Shown here: piece after piece, positions 24,226 to 38,400 of the stretch
How positions within the stretch are numbered: position 1 is the stretch's first letter
How the letters are laid out: each line of letters opens with the position of its first letter
Assembly: GCA_964247055.1 (NCBI GenBank)
Contig: OZ176056.1
Coordinates: 3,534,001-3,598,000, forward strand
DNA length: 64,000 nt
Origin: Paragordius varius
Taxonomy: Eukaryota; Animalia; Nematomorpha
Reading direction: 5' to 3'
Made by a program: the position numbers and the translations under genes
Notes under the pieces: model-generated
Told to the model about the DNA's origin: nothing
What the model saw: the letters and a program-made list of their open reading frames with translations, nothing else
Database searches by the model: none

Positions 24226-26790
24226 TATACCATTTCCCAGTCTAAATAAACGTTTTCCCAGTCAATCGAAACATTTTCCCAGAAACGTTTTCCCAGTCAA
24301 TCGAAACATTTTCCCAGGCAATATAAAAACATTTTCCCAATCAATAAAAGCGTTTTCCCAGTCAATAAAAACGGTTTTATTTTTGATGATAAATATCAAA
24401 ACAAGAAAATCAAAACAACTTTTAACCATTATTAGCATAATATTAGGATAATCTATATATTTATAAAAATGGAAAATTCTGGCTTTGTGATCTGGTACAG
24501 GAAAACCGGTAGACCCATTCAAATCCAAACTTCGAAAAAATATAATCATTAATGAATGCCCCGACAATAGCTTCGCCCTTTTTTGAAATAGGCCGCCAGT
24601 TCGGGTCCACCCCGTGTGAAAAACGGTTTTTTTTGAAAGAAGTCCACAAAAATCGTGTCTTTGAGACAATTTTCCGGATAACGTGTTGGACCATTCAATA
24701 AATATGATTTTTATTTAGTTATTTTCGATTGCGCCGAACATAGTCGTCTCGCTTTTTTGATTTAGGCCCGCTTTTTACCCGCTCCCCCTGTAAAATGCCA
24801 TTTTTCAAAAAACAAAGACCACAAAAATATATTTTTAAATCGATATTTTGCCCAAGGTATGAGACCGTAAAAATTCAATATGAATTCCTATTCTGGCAAA
24901 AATTTTAGTCAGGCGTTTCTTTGATGATAGCTGCTGGGTAAGGAGCTACCCGCTAAAAACTGATTCTTCATGTAACTTTGTGATCTGTTTCCGGAAAACC
25001 GGTGAACCCATTCAAATCCAAATATCTATAATCATAAATAAATGTACAGACAATAGCTTCGCCCTTTTCGGAATTAGGTCCCCAGTTCGGGCCCACCCCG
25101 TGTAAAAAATGGGTTAGTCAATTTTCCGGAGAACGTGTTGGACCATTCAATTTCAAATATGATTTTTATTTAGTTATTTTCGATTGCGCCGAACATAGTC
25201 GTCTCGCTTTTTTAATTTAGGCCCGCTTTTTACCCGCTCCCCCCGTAAAATGCCACCTTTTTCAAAAAACAAAGTCCACAAAAATAATTTTTTAAATCGA
25301 TTTTTTGCCCAAGGTATGAGACCGTAAAAATTCAATATGGATTCCACGTATTCCCTGTTGAAAGGCAAAAACTTTAGTCAAGCGTTTTTTTGATGATAGC
25401 TGCTGAGTAAGGAGTTTCTATCATATGTATAAATATTTCTTTAAATCTATTTTTCCCCCAAGTAAACTAAAATGTATGAATGCACCGTTGTAAAATTCCT
25501 ATGAGATCATAGCTATTAAATAATGTTTCGAAATAATCCACATATGTAGATCATTTTATTGTCCCTTTTTTCAACTAACCCCCCCCCCCCCTCCAGAAGT
25601 CTGAAGGACTTCCTCGGGCTGCGCACCAGATTTACGCTAAAATTTATTATAAAAACACAATTACTGAATGACAATTTTTCCAAGTATATTCTAGTGCACA
25701 ATCATTAATGACTTATTCTTTAAATGTTATATTTTTGGAATTTGAGTGAAGATAATATTTTTCATTTTATCGATGGTTCGCATTGATATATGCGGCTAAC
25801 TTAAAAAATCTATAGTTAAGGAATTAATAAAATTTATAAAAATATACCATTTTTATCTCAAAGGTCATTTAACACTTTATATTGGATCTTAAACATAAAT
25901 TTTACGCTAATTTTATAATATTTAACATTTGGTTGGGGGCCTAAGGCGGCCTTCCGAGGATCTTTGTGCGGGCCGCAAAAAATTTGAAAATCCATATGAA
26001 AAAATATGCCCACAAAATCTTAGTAATATTCATATTTATTACGCAATTATTATGAATCTATTAAATTGGTAATGATTAAAAAAAATTGTTATATTGTGTT
26101 TGTATTTTACAGTCTTATTAATCGAAAAATTATGTGAATGCCCGTATATATTTCGAATGGGGAGCCGTGTGCTTTTTGAGTTAAAAATGCGGCCCGCGAA
26201 AGTTGGACACCCTTGTTTTAGTCAAATATTCTTTTTATTAAATAATTTTAAATCAAAAACATTTTTAGCAAAAATTCCGTTTAGATATTTTTTCCGACAG
26301 TATTTTTATTGACAAACCTGACATATTTAAAAACTGTTGTGAAGCGTTCCGCAAATATTAATGCGAACCATCGATAAAATAAAAAATATCTTAACTCAAA
26401 TTCCAATAATAAAACATTTAAAGAATAAGTCATTAATGATGCACTAGAATATACTTGGAAAAATTGTCATTCAATAATTGTGTTTTTAATTTAAAATTAT
26501 CTCCATATATTACGCTGATAATGGTTAAAAGTTGTTTTTACATTCTTATTTTGCTATTTATCATCAAAAATAAAACCGTTTTTATTGACTGGGAAAACGT
26601 TATGATTAGGAAAATGTTTTTATAGACTGGGAAAAGGTTTCGATCGACTGGGAAAACGTTTCGATTGACTGGGAAAATGTTTCGATTGACTGGGAAAACG
26701 TTTCAATTGACTGGGAAAACGTTTCGATTGATTGGGAAAATGTCTCGATTGACTGGGAAAACGTTTATTTGACTGGGAAATGGTATATAT
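24226..26790. mobile_element. Foldback element with arms of 21-bp tandem repeats (GTTTTCCCAGTCAATCGAAAC) carrying nested insertions
   Basis: Left arm tataccatttcccag... (24226-24450) and right arm ...ctgggaaatggtatata (26500-26790) are inverted. Nested inside: element-A fragments 24455-25420, an hAT MITE 25935-26215 and inner inverted arms 25640-25730 / 26410-26500. Confidence 0.8.
24455..25420 (-). mobile_element. Two tandem partial copies of the terminal part of repeat family A
   Basis: Blocks ccccgtgtaaaa, gattgcgccgaacatagtcgtctcgc and tttacccgctcccc occur twice and match 29950-30290 (inverted) and 35490-35950 (direct). Confidence 0.8.
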
Positions 26791-27599
26791 ACCACGAATG
26801 TACTCAATTATCTCGACAACCGTTTTGCGCCAAATATTTAGGTTTTCTATTGGATAAAAACAATGAAATGATAAGATTTCATAAAATTTCATTTGTTTTT
26901 GAAAAGAGAAATTTAATTCATTTTAAATAATGGAAGGACAACCTACGATATGATTAAAAATTAGTGGTAAATATATCGGGAAAACGATTTCTGTTGTATT
27001 TTCATCGGTTTTACAGTAAATATTTAAATTTTTAAGGCACAACGTAAGACAAGGTTTTTAAAACAGTTGTGTACATACAATTGGGTCAATAAATCTTCTT
27101 TTACCTGAACATAGGCTTTATTATATAAAAAAGATGAGTTTAAAAAAATCATAACTGTTTTTAAAATGATATTTGTCTTTCTTTATTTATGTATCAAGGT
27201 GTATCAAGAAAAGGGTGTGGCAGACCCACGTCGCCACTGTCCACAAAAAACGTCCCTTGCTGCCCTTCCATACACCAGTCAATGGTGGTTCAGTGACAGC
27301 CGTCTAGTTGCGTTAGGGGTCGGGTTGACTTCTAGGGATATAATGATAAGTTTTATATAAAGACATGTATAAATTAAATGTAGATATATTTGGCAATTAC
27401 AGATAAATATTTCCTATCAACTATTTCCTAAATTTTTAATGTTTAATAGTTTTAATATTTTATAAATATTCTACTATAGTATAACTAAATGATTTATTAT
27501 ATTGTAACATTGGTCGTTGTCCTTTGAATTAAATATATTATTCGTCTTTACTTATATTGTCATCAGATCCTTTAAGTGCTCATTAAAGTGTGATCTATT

Positions 27600-30290
27600 C
27601 TAAATTATTTGCCCTTTCGAGACAATAATGTATTGTTGAAACCATTAGTTCTTAATGGTCTTAAATAATTTATATAATGTTTTGTTTTATTAATTTCAAT
27701 ATAAATATCTGCAAATGTGTCTAACGGCTATGAAATTTTTTTCGGTATTATATGGTGTAGGGCCATTAAGACAAGATAAATATTTTTCGCAGCCCTTTGA
27801 AAATTTTTGGTGACATGGTTTAAATAAAAGACACTTTTGATATACCATTAACAATCCAAATTGACCTTAAAAGTGTGTTTTTGGTCTAATATAACTCATT
27901 ATTAGAGATATTGATCGCATATTTCTAAAATACCTATGAAAACTTAATTTTTGATTTATTCTATAATTATAACAAACTAGCTGCCCTGTGACGCTTTACT
28001 GTGATGTAATCTCACCGATAATTATACGATTTGCAATATATTGATGGAGATAAAATAATATAAAACGTATTTAATAAAAAATGTCTTTAATTTTCTTTTA
28101 CCGGTTTTTGCATAGGCTCAAATATTGTTTACTTTAAATTAACCATACTTAAACTATTAGAGTTAATATTCTATCATCGGATTAAATTTTAGATTTTCGT
28201 TTTACGATATCATGGTTGTGTTGACACAGCTGGGATCAAGGAATATAAAAAATAACTCATTTGTAAAAGGTAAGAATGTAGGAATTTCCCCGAAATGTGT
28301 TTAACTGAACTCGTATGGCTCATAAGTTTCTTAAATATTAGGCTCCAAAACCAAGCCATTTTTGTATGGCGTCTCAGTTTTAAACCGATAGACTTCTACC
28401 CATAGACCTATATTGAAACAGCGTTGAGTTAAATTCTTTACCTTTATAGGGCAAATATTTGGAATCATCTTTGATATCATCGTCTCATGGTCTATTTGAA
28501 AAATATTTCAACACTATATAAACGTTTGATGGCGTATTTTTAGGGCATAAAGGCCCTAAATTAACTGCGAATAAACGGCTGACCTTTTTTGCCTAATTAC
28601 AGGTAACAAGCTTTTATGAGCTTTTATGGCTTCTTGATTTTTCTGTAAATTAGCTCCAAAACAACGCAATTTATATAAGTAACGCAATTTTTGGCGGTTA
28701 ACTCCTTACATAGGGGCAGGTATAAAAAAAGCGTTAGATTTTTTCTTTACATGGGGAATATATGGAATTATCATGGATTTCATATCTGATTAAACTCATA
28801 GGTTTTTTAAAATTTGGCTCCAAAGGCATGCTGTATCTATGGACGCAGTTTTATGCGGGTAGTCCCCTAACCAGGGGCGAAAAAAAGCGTTCGATTATAA
28901 TTTTTACCTTTCGGGTAATACCTGGTAATTCCATAGGGTCTCGTGGGATTTTCGAAAAATTGCCTCAAATCAATAAGTCATTCTATGGTGGAACATTTTT
29001 CAGGGCAAGGGTTGGGGTAATTTAATAAAACCACTCTACTTAAATTTTTGCCTTTTTACGGGTAATATTTCAAGCCCTTATTGAACTCATTGGCCTGATA
29101 AGTTTTCTAAATTTTGCATCCAAAGTCACGCTGTATCGATATGGTGGCGCAGATATAGACGGATAGCCCTCTACCCAGAGGGTAATATAAAAAAGACGTT
29201 CGATAAAAAATGTTGCCTTTACATGGAAATACCTAAAATCATCATTCATTCCATATGTTCTTATTAGTTTTTGTATTGGCTTTAAAACTAAATAATAACT
29301 AAATGATAGCGCATTTTTAGGGCGTAAAGGGCCTAATTAACAGTTAATTTAAAAAACCACTCGACTTAAATTTTTCTTTTTACGTGTTATATAAGGCGCT
29401 TATTAAACTTATATGGCCTGATAAGTTTTATTAAAATTTACTCCTAACCCACTCAATTTCGATATGGTAACGCAGTTTTAGGCGGGTAGCTCCCTACCCA
29501 GAGGCTGATACCAAAAAAGCGATGGATTAAAATGTTTGCCTTTTTACGGATAATACCTGGAATCATGATTGATTCTATATGCTCTCATCAGTTTTTGGAA
29601 AAGTTGCTCAAAATTAAAAAATCATTCTATGGTGGCGCTTTTTCATGGCGTGAAGGGCCTAATTAACGGCTAATTCAAAAAACCGCTCGATATAAATTTT
29701 TGCCTTGTTACGGGTAATTTAAGCAGCTATTGAACACATATGGCCTGATAAATTTTCTAAATTTGCCCTTAAGTCAGGCTGTATCGATATGACGGGAGTT
29801 TTTAGCGGGTACTCCTTACCGAGCAGCCAATATAAAAAACGCTCGACGTAAATTTTTGCCTTTTAATAGGGAATATCTGGAATCCGTATTTGGCCGAAAA
29901 ATTGATTCAAAAAATTATTTTTGTGAACTTAATTTATTTAAAAAAATGGCATTTTGCGAGGGGAGCGGGTAAAAAGAGGGCCTAAATTAAAAAGGCTAGC
30001 TGACAATGTTCGGCGCAATCTAAGAAGTAAGTAAAAATCATATTTGAAATTGAATGGTCCAACACATTTTCGGTAAAATTGTCTCAAAGATACAATTTTT
30101 TAAGACTTTTTTCAAAAAAACCCGTTTTTTACACGGGGTGGGCGCGAACTGGGGGCCTAATTCAAAAAAGGGCGAATGTCGGGGCATTCAATAATTATAT
30201 TTTTTCGACATTTGAATTTGAATGGATTTACTGGTGTTCCGGAAACAGTTCACAAAGCTACCACTTTCCATTTTTATAAATTAGATTAAC
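27600..30290 (+). mobile_element. Repeat family A, forward copy, with internal ~325-bp tandem units; left arm of a large inverted repeat
   Basis: The (t/at)tggcctgataa motif recurs at ~29091, 29413 and 29740. The whole segment is the degenerate reverse complement of 35490-38580. Confidence 0.8.
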
Positions 30291-30905
30291 AATTAACAAA
30301 CTTAAAAAAAATCCGGCGATCGATTTGTAAACAATAGCGGAAGTATGTTTAAAGCAGAGATTAAACCAATGGCTTCGCGGGTCGCATTTTTGGATGAAAA
30401 ATCCGACGAGCCGCATTTGCTGAATATATGGTAATTAACAAATATTATATTAGATTTTATACATAAAACTTTACTATTTATTTTAACAATCTACTATTTA
30501 TTTTAACAATTACCAATTCATTGCCAAGATTGAGAAGACTTAATCGGAAAATTTGTTTAAAATTAACTATATTTAGCTTACTGAAATGTTTTATTTATTT
30601 CTCGCCCGGCATGTTGAACACCTCTGGTCTTATAAAAATTTCCAAGGAATTTTGATGACCAAAATTACAAAGTCTGGAAAAAATTTGGATTTTAAAATAA
30701 TTCCAGGATTGTCGGTGTGTAAGGATAAACACCAATTTCTATGCATTTTACTTAAATAGTGTCTTTATAAACTTCAAGTTGTCTTTGAATAATTTAATCA
30801 GATATGCTGTTTTTCACAATACTGAATTTTTGACAAAAACAGCGCCTGTGTTGCGCTGACTTTTGTACTCCTTGGTGAAATTTAAAGTAAATAATTTATA
30901 CACAA

Positions 30906-30914
<9 letters not shown>

Positions 30915-30962
<48 letters not shown>
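30915..30962. repeat. (TA)24 microsatellite
   Basis: Perfect TA run; it produces the YIYIYI stretch in spurious ORF 30814..31029. Confidence 0.95.
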
Positions 30963-30964
<2 letters not shown>

Positions 30965-31059
30965 TTTCCTTTAATTATATAAAAAATTATTGTAGAATTG
31001 AATAAAGCACTCTTTAAGAATATTTCCAATTTATAAAAATTAAATGGTTCTTTGTTTGG

Positions 31060-31340
31060 TAAAAATATTGGCCTATTTAATGGTTATTATTATTTTCTGC
31101 TCGAACTATAAACGGAATTACGTTTTGGATTAGTCATACCGCTTATCAATGCAGTCATTAGCGCAGTGGCTGCTCTATAAATCTCAGACTCCACCGCAAA
31201 AGCTAATGACCCTTTCAATCAAATTTAAAATCAACACAAAATTAATTTATGAATTAGTATATATTTTATCAAGTTTAAAAAGTTCCATTTTTGTTTTAAT
31301 TAAGTTTCAGTTTATTAAAGTTTTATTTAGTTTACACCTA
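31060..31340 (+). repeat. Interspersed repeat, second copy at ~44420-44680
   Basis: Shared ttggcct..attttctgctcgaa.tata..ttttggat..gtca..aaatttaaaat.aaca.aattaatttatg. Confidence 0.6.
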
Positions 31341-32689
31341 ATTATCAAACGGTAAATATTTTATAAAATTTTATTTCCCTAATTATATAATCATATATCA
31401 CTGCGTCCCAAAGTCGGGGAGTATAAACAAATACACAGAGGAAATATATATATATAAATTCTTAAAGGAAAATGTATCAGGATAATTATTTTTGGTTTTG
31501 GACTTTACAATTCCTTTAGAAAATTTTTTATCACTTTTGTAAAAATTGCTCCATATCAGAACTACGCACATTTAATTATATCAAATTTAACTTATTATAG
31601 CTAGATGCTTCATTCCAAAAATTACAAATGCCAAGATTCGCTATAATTTTATAATTTATTTTAATTCATATGAGAAATATGTTTATTGCATATTTTGAAG
31701 AAATTATTACGAGTAAGGACAGTATTTATGTATCTTAGAGGGTGAAAAGGTAGAAAAAACTTTAAGATATTTTAAATACACTTTTTATATATCGATGCCG
31801 AAATATCCATCATCATAAAATATTTATTAAAAGATGTATTTGTTCGTCTTCAAATTTAAGTTAAATATAAAATGTTACTAGAATTAAATTAAAAGTTGAA
31901 CAAATGTTAAATCAAAATGTTGAGGTGACAGAAATGTTAAACGTCAAGTTATATAAGTTTTTTTGCCTATTTCACTACTCTAAATGTTTAAATATATTTT
32001 GAACAATATATGTATTTATTTTTAAAAAATGTATGTCATAATCTATAATTATATTAAAATTTATAAAGGCGAAATCTCTGAATTTTGCATTTCAATAAAA
32101 CTACCCAATTTCAGCTGCTGACAAAAATGTAATTTAGGACTCCACATCTAAAAATTAAAATTTTGTGGATGTATTGCTATGATTTTTATACATGAATTAT
32201 GCTGTATTACGATTATATATTTTGGATTTAAGCATCATTCACAAAAATGTTTTTAATCTTGCATCTGCTTTTGCGATTTTCCGATATGTTGCCACAAAAG
32301 TATTATTAGTTTTTTTAATCCATCGTAAGACCCAAAAGCATCATAAAAATCTTGATACATTTATTTATCAGAATATATTATTTCATCAATATATTGTTCG
32401 CACTGTGTAAGAAACATTTAAAGATTAAAGTCAAAGTCACGTCATTAGTGCATTTTAAAGAGTGTGTGCAGCCCTACTTGGCAGCTAATTGAAAAAATAC
32501 CTGACAAAAATTTTAGCAACTATACGGGGAGCGCTTAATATAATTACTGATTTTATATTTACCTGAGCGAAAAATAATCTTCTTATTTTTACATAAATAC
32601 AGATTTCAATGAGAGTAAAGTTCTACCAAGGGGCAATGAAAAAAGCAAACCTAAAATATTTGCAGTTATGCAGAAAATACCAGAAACCT

Positions 32690-33540
32690 TTATTGATATC
32701 ATATCTTTAATGGGTTTTCAGAAAACGTGCTTCACTACATGGTGTTGCCTTTATATGCTATTTGAGAAAGCGCTCGACATAAATCTTTGCCTTTATACAG
32801 GTGCCTTATATTGAGTTTGAATATTATGACTTCAAAGCCACGTTCAATTCGTATAGTGGCGCATCGTAAAGTAGCTCCCTAACCAGATATTGATATAAAA
32901 AAGCGCTCTACTAAAATTTTTGCCTTAATACTAGGAATTCCTGAATCCATTATTGATTTTATATGGTTCATTTATCTTTTGAACCCGTGCCTCAAAACCA
33001 AATTTTTATATGGTGATTCTTTTACAGAATGAAGGTGTCCCAGTGACTATTTAAAAAATGTTTATCAAATATTTGGTCTTTATATAGAAATCATATGAAT
33101 ATAATATTGATTCCTTCTCGCTAGTTGAAAATTGCTTCAAAGTTAAATAATATTTCTATGGTTCATGGCTTCCTGAGCAGCGACCAAAAAGAAACCGGCT
33201 TATTGATTTTATAGGAAATGTTTCAAGCTTTTACTCCATATAATCTCATAAGTTTTCTAAAATTCGCTTCCAAGCCATTAATTATTTATATGGGCGCATC
33301 AGCAAAGGGACGCATTCATACTGGGTGTTAAAAAAAGCTATCATCTTTGTCTTCTTATAGATACCTGAAACCATTATTATTTATAAATATAGTTAAATTT
33401 GGGCGAAAAAAGGTTATGACATTTTACCGGAGGAGCGGGTAAAGTTTTTAAAAAAGTTGGTTAACTATAGTTGGGAAAATTGTACCTAGATAAAAATTTA
33501 TCATTGAATTGACCGGTCTCCCGTTATCCGGGCCTAAAAG
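32690..33540 (+). mobile_element. Older degenerate copy of repeat family A
   Basis: Contains gtagctccctaaccag, ctaaaatttttgcct and ggagcgggtaaa motifs as in 28800-30000. Confidence 0.55.
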
Positions 33541-35489
33541 TGTCTTATAATAACCTTATGTTATTTAAAATATTATAAAATTTCCAATATTGTTTTTAAA
33601 TGAGCGCACATGTTTTCTGTACTTTTTTAAACACATCATTACTCCTTTTTATAAATATTGCGAATTTTTATATTAGCGGTTGAAGTATTATGTATACCAC
33701 CGTGTCTCCATTGATTAGATTATATAAAGTTAAATCGGTTAGATAAGGTAAGATAACATTAAAATTTTGAAGCTTTACATCCAAATTTCTTTAAACATAA
33801 ACCATATATATAAACACAGAGTTTTTGATTGAGTATTCTCTTAAGTTCATGTTTTGTTACAATTGTTGGCGTTTATGGTATTTTTTATTTTAAATTTGAA
33901 GCGTTTTAAAAAATATTGTAAACGAAAAATGTGTATTAAATTGTTAGGTTAACAATGTATGCAAACAGTGTTTTTTTTATTTAAATAATTATCGGTATCT
34001 GACAATTATTTAAAATAACCAATATTTTCAGGAATGATTTCAATATAATGTGATATATAAGTTTGAGAAATACTCAAAATTTAATTATTGGGATTCTTTA
34101 CTTTTTACCTGTTAACCCAGAACTTTAAATTTTTTCTTTGCTGAGTTTATAAACTACTTCATTTTTGAAAAAACAACAGCTGTTTTTAGATTATGATTCT
34201 ATAATTTGAAGATATAATGTGATAACTCAAAAAATTTTCAGTTATATTATTTATTCATATTATAAAAGATAAACGATTTAACACTGTACCATTTTGGAGG
34301 CGCAAAGTTTGAGATAATTTTTTAAAATTTTACATAGTACAATTATTGTAAAATGCGCTAAAAACCGATAGAATGCATATTTTTGCCAAACATTATAAAC
34401 ACATTAAGAAATACTTTTTAGAAGATAAAACTACAAAAAAAGAAAATAAATCTGGTTATCTAGTTTAAAACAGGGTTGTCCAACACGCTGACCGATTTGC
34501 AAAAAATTAGCTAAAATATGATCACCGAAGCTTGGCAAAAATGATATATCAAACATTTTTTTCTGAATAGGTCCATTCCATCAACAACGAACTTAAAAAA
34601 ATTGTTATATTGTGATTTATATTTTATAGTATTATGTTTGAAATTTAGTAAGATATAGAAAAAATTTGTGGTGTTAACAATCTATGTTCCGTTTGACTGC
34701 ATATGTAAGGATTTAGACCGTTAAAACGGTTCAAAATCTATTCCTAATTGATTCAAATACTAACGTATTCACTAATTAGCTGTATTATCCTTTCCCTTGT
34801 TAAAATTTTTGTTTACAATTTAAACAACTTAATGTCAAAATGAATAGAATATCTTAAAATTATTTATGTAATAGGAGTTGTGAGATATTTAGGCATTTTT
34901 TGTTTAATAATAATTGGTAAGTGTTATGCAATTCTGAAAGATATACTTTGTTTTTATATCATAATTTTCTGTGTTACATGCAAATGTGAAATACATACCT
35001 TGGTTGTATATCATAACTTTCACCGTTATTTGAATTGTATTATTTTCTATATTTTTTGTGTACTATGTAAATATTATATCCTTTGTTACTTGAAATTTTA
35101 TCGATATAATGCAAATTATGTACAACTAAAATTAGTATATATAAACCCTAAAAAACCGAATAAATTCATTTCACATTTCTTATATTATCTCCTCATCTTT
35201 ACAAGATAACAGTAAGTAAAAACATACACATTAAAAAATCAAATTTAAAATCGAAAACATCATTTTATATAATGTAAACAAGCTAATAGATATAAACAAA
35301 ATTATAAATGTTTTTATATATATTAATAATTTATGAATAAACACTAATAACTTGTTTCACGATCAAAAACTATGAGTTTAAATTTTTATAGATAGAGGAC
35401 ATAAAAACTAATATTATCAAAATACCTTTTGAAGTTATAGAAACTCCAAAGATCATATATTAATTGCTTAATTTGGAAGCTGATGAAGT

Positions 35490-38400
35490 CTAATCTATAT
35501 ATTTATAAAGATGGAAAATGCTGGTTTTGTGATCTGTTTCCGGAAAACCGGTAGACCATTTAAATTCAAATGTCGAAAAAATATAATCATTAATGAATGC
35601 CTGACAATAGCTTCGCCCTTTCTTAAATTAGGTCCCAGTTCGGGGCCTCCCCGTGTAAAAACAGGTTTTTTAAAAAATGAAAGCCCATAAAAATCGTGTC
35701 TTTGAGACAATTTTTCGTAAAACGTGTTGAACCATTCGATTATTATGATTTTCTTTATTTATTTTTGATTGCGCTGAACATAGTCGCCTCGCATTTATAA
35801 TTTTGGCCATCTTTTTACCCGCTCCCCCCGTAAAATGCCATTTTTTCCAAAAAGACTAAGTCCGCCCAGGGTATGAGAACGTAAAATTTCAACGGGGAGT
35901 CCAGGTATTCCCTCTTAAAGGCAAAAAATTTAGTCTCGCGTTTTTTTATATTGGCTGCTGGGTAAGGAGATACACGCTAAAAACTGCCTCGTCATATCGA
36001 AATGGCGTGCCTTTGAGGCTAAATTTCAGAAATCCTATCAGGCCATATGAGTACAATAGGTGCTTAAAATATTACCCGTAGCAAGGCAAAAATTAAGGTC
36101 GTGCGGTTTTTAAAATTAGCCGTCAATTAGGCCCCCTACGCCCAGAAAAATGCGCCACCATAGAATGATTTTTTAATTAGGCAATTTTTCCAAAAACTAA
36201 TGAGAGCATATATCAATCATGATTTCAAGTATTCTCCGTAAAAAGGCAAAAATTTTAATCAAGAGCTTTTTTGTATCAGCCTCTTGGTAGTGAGCTACCC
36301 GCCTAAACTGCGCTATCATATCGCAATTGCGTTGTTTAGGAGTTAATTTTCAGAATATTTATTAGGCCACATAAGTTTTATAAGGGCCTGAAATATTACC
36401 CGTAAAAAGGCAAAAAGTCGAGCGGTCATTTTAAATTAGCCGTTAATTAGGCCCTTTATATTCTAGAAAATGCGCTATCATTGAACTATTATTTTGTTTT
36501 TAAGCCTTCCAAAAACTATTAAGAACATAAGGCATGAATGATGATTCCAGGTATTCCCCTATATAGGCAAATTTTTTTTATTTAACGTCTATATTAGCCT
36601 CTGGGTAGGGGTTGCCTAACAACTGCTCCACCATATCAATACAGCGTGACTTTGGAGGCAAAAACATATCAGGCCATATGAGTTCAATAAGGGCTTGAAA
36701 TACTATCCGTTAAAAGGCAAAAATTTAAGTAGAGATGTTTTATTAAATTACCCCTTAATTATGCCCTGAAAAATGCGCCACATAGAATGACTTATTTGAT
36801 TTTGAGGCAATTTTTCGAAAATCCCACGAGAGCATATGGAATCAATAATGATTCCAGGTATTACCTGAATTAAGTCAAAAAATTTTAATCGAGCGTTTGT
36901 TTCGCCCCTGGTTAGGGGGCTACCTGCATAAAACTGCGTCACCATATAGATACAGCATGCCTTTGGAGCCAAATTATAGAAAACCTATGAGACTAATTAT
37001 ATGGAATCCATGATAAACCCCCAAAGGCAAAAATTTTGCCCAACGCTTTTTTATACCTTGCCCCTGGGTAAGGAGCTATCCGTCAAAAACTGCGCCACTA
37101 TATAAAAATTGTGTTGTTTTGGAGCTAATTTACAGAAAATTTATAAAGCCATATGAGCTCATTAAAAGTTTGAGATATTACCTGTAACTAGGTCAAAATG
37201 GTCAGGCGTTTTTTTATTAGCTCTTAATTTGGGGCCTTTATGCCCTAAATATACGCCATCTAACGTTTATATAGTGTTGTGGTATTTTTTCGAATAACCC
37301 CTGAGACGATGGCATTAAAGAGGATTTCAAATATTTGCCCTATAACAAAGAATTTAACTCAGCGCTTTTTCTATATAGGTCTATAGGTAGGGCGTGGTTT
37401 GAAGCCAATTTCAAAAAAACTTAAGAAGCCATACGAGTTTAGTTAAACACATTTCGGGGGAAATATCATTCTTTCCTTTAAAAAGGGACCACAAGCTTTT
37501 TATATCCCTTGATCCCAGGTATGTAAACACAATTTCAAAATAAAACTTTTAACCATGATTTCGTAAAACTCAAATCTTAAAATAAATCCAATAATAGTTG
37601 AATATAAACTTTAATAAGGGACAGGTTAAATATGGTCGATTTCGAGTAAACAATATTTGAGTCTCTGCAAAAACCCGTAAAAGAATAAAAGACATTATTT
37701 CTAATATGGTTTTTATTATTTTTTTATCTCCATTACCTCTGTATTTATTGAAAATTATGAAAAATTATCGGTGAGACTACGTCACATCGAAGAGTATAAA
37801 TATAATTCTCTTAAATTAGGCAAATTAAATAAGTGTAATATATAAATTATGTTTTGCGTATATCCATTTTATGTTTATACACAGAAAGGAGTTATGTATC
37901 CGCTCATCCGATGATTGCGAATAGTTTATCAAAAATTATGGTGTTTTATTTTAATATATTAAGTTTTAATTAACGTCGTTTCGACTCAAAATAAGTATAT
38001 CTCTCCTAATTATTAACTAAAAGGCAAATCAAACCACGTGTCCTATAAATTTTTTTAAATATACAAGTTATTGACCAAAAAAAATTCTTATTAATTAGCT
38101 ATATTTTAAATCATAGCCAATCTCTATTTTCAGAATATAATAAATTAGCTATATTCATGGATAAAATATATTAAATTTCATAATGATGTTTGAAAATATT
38201 TATACCAATGGTACTCACTGAATTATTAAGGCTCTAAAAAATTTATTTCTTGTTTTAAGGGCCATAATATATACAAAATATTTCATAGCTCCTTATTACA
38301 TTTGCAGATATTTATAATTTAATTAAGTGCATTAAAAATCTATAAATAATTCAGGGAATATGCTGCATGCGGCCCGTGAGGGTTAAAATACCATTAATTT

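Noticed and set aside
24240-26780. 21-bp repeat arrays (also 51170-51480) as CRISPR arrays, or as ORFs 24262..24669, 26620..26892, 51040..51264 and 51083..51274
   Set aside because: Repeats are head-to-tail with no unique spacers, sit in inverted MITE arms and the DNA is eukaryotic; the periodic peptides are by-products.
34880-35209. Hydrophobic I/F/Y/L/K-rich short ORFs (e.g. 34880..35209, 4764..5006, 47116..47394, 63351..63605)
   Set aside because: Composition simply reflects AT-rich codons; several start at non-ATG codons; no motifs or splice context.
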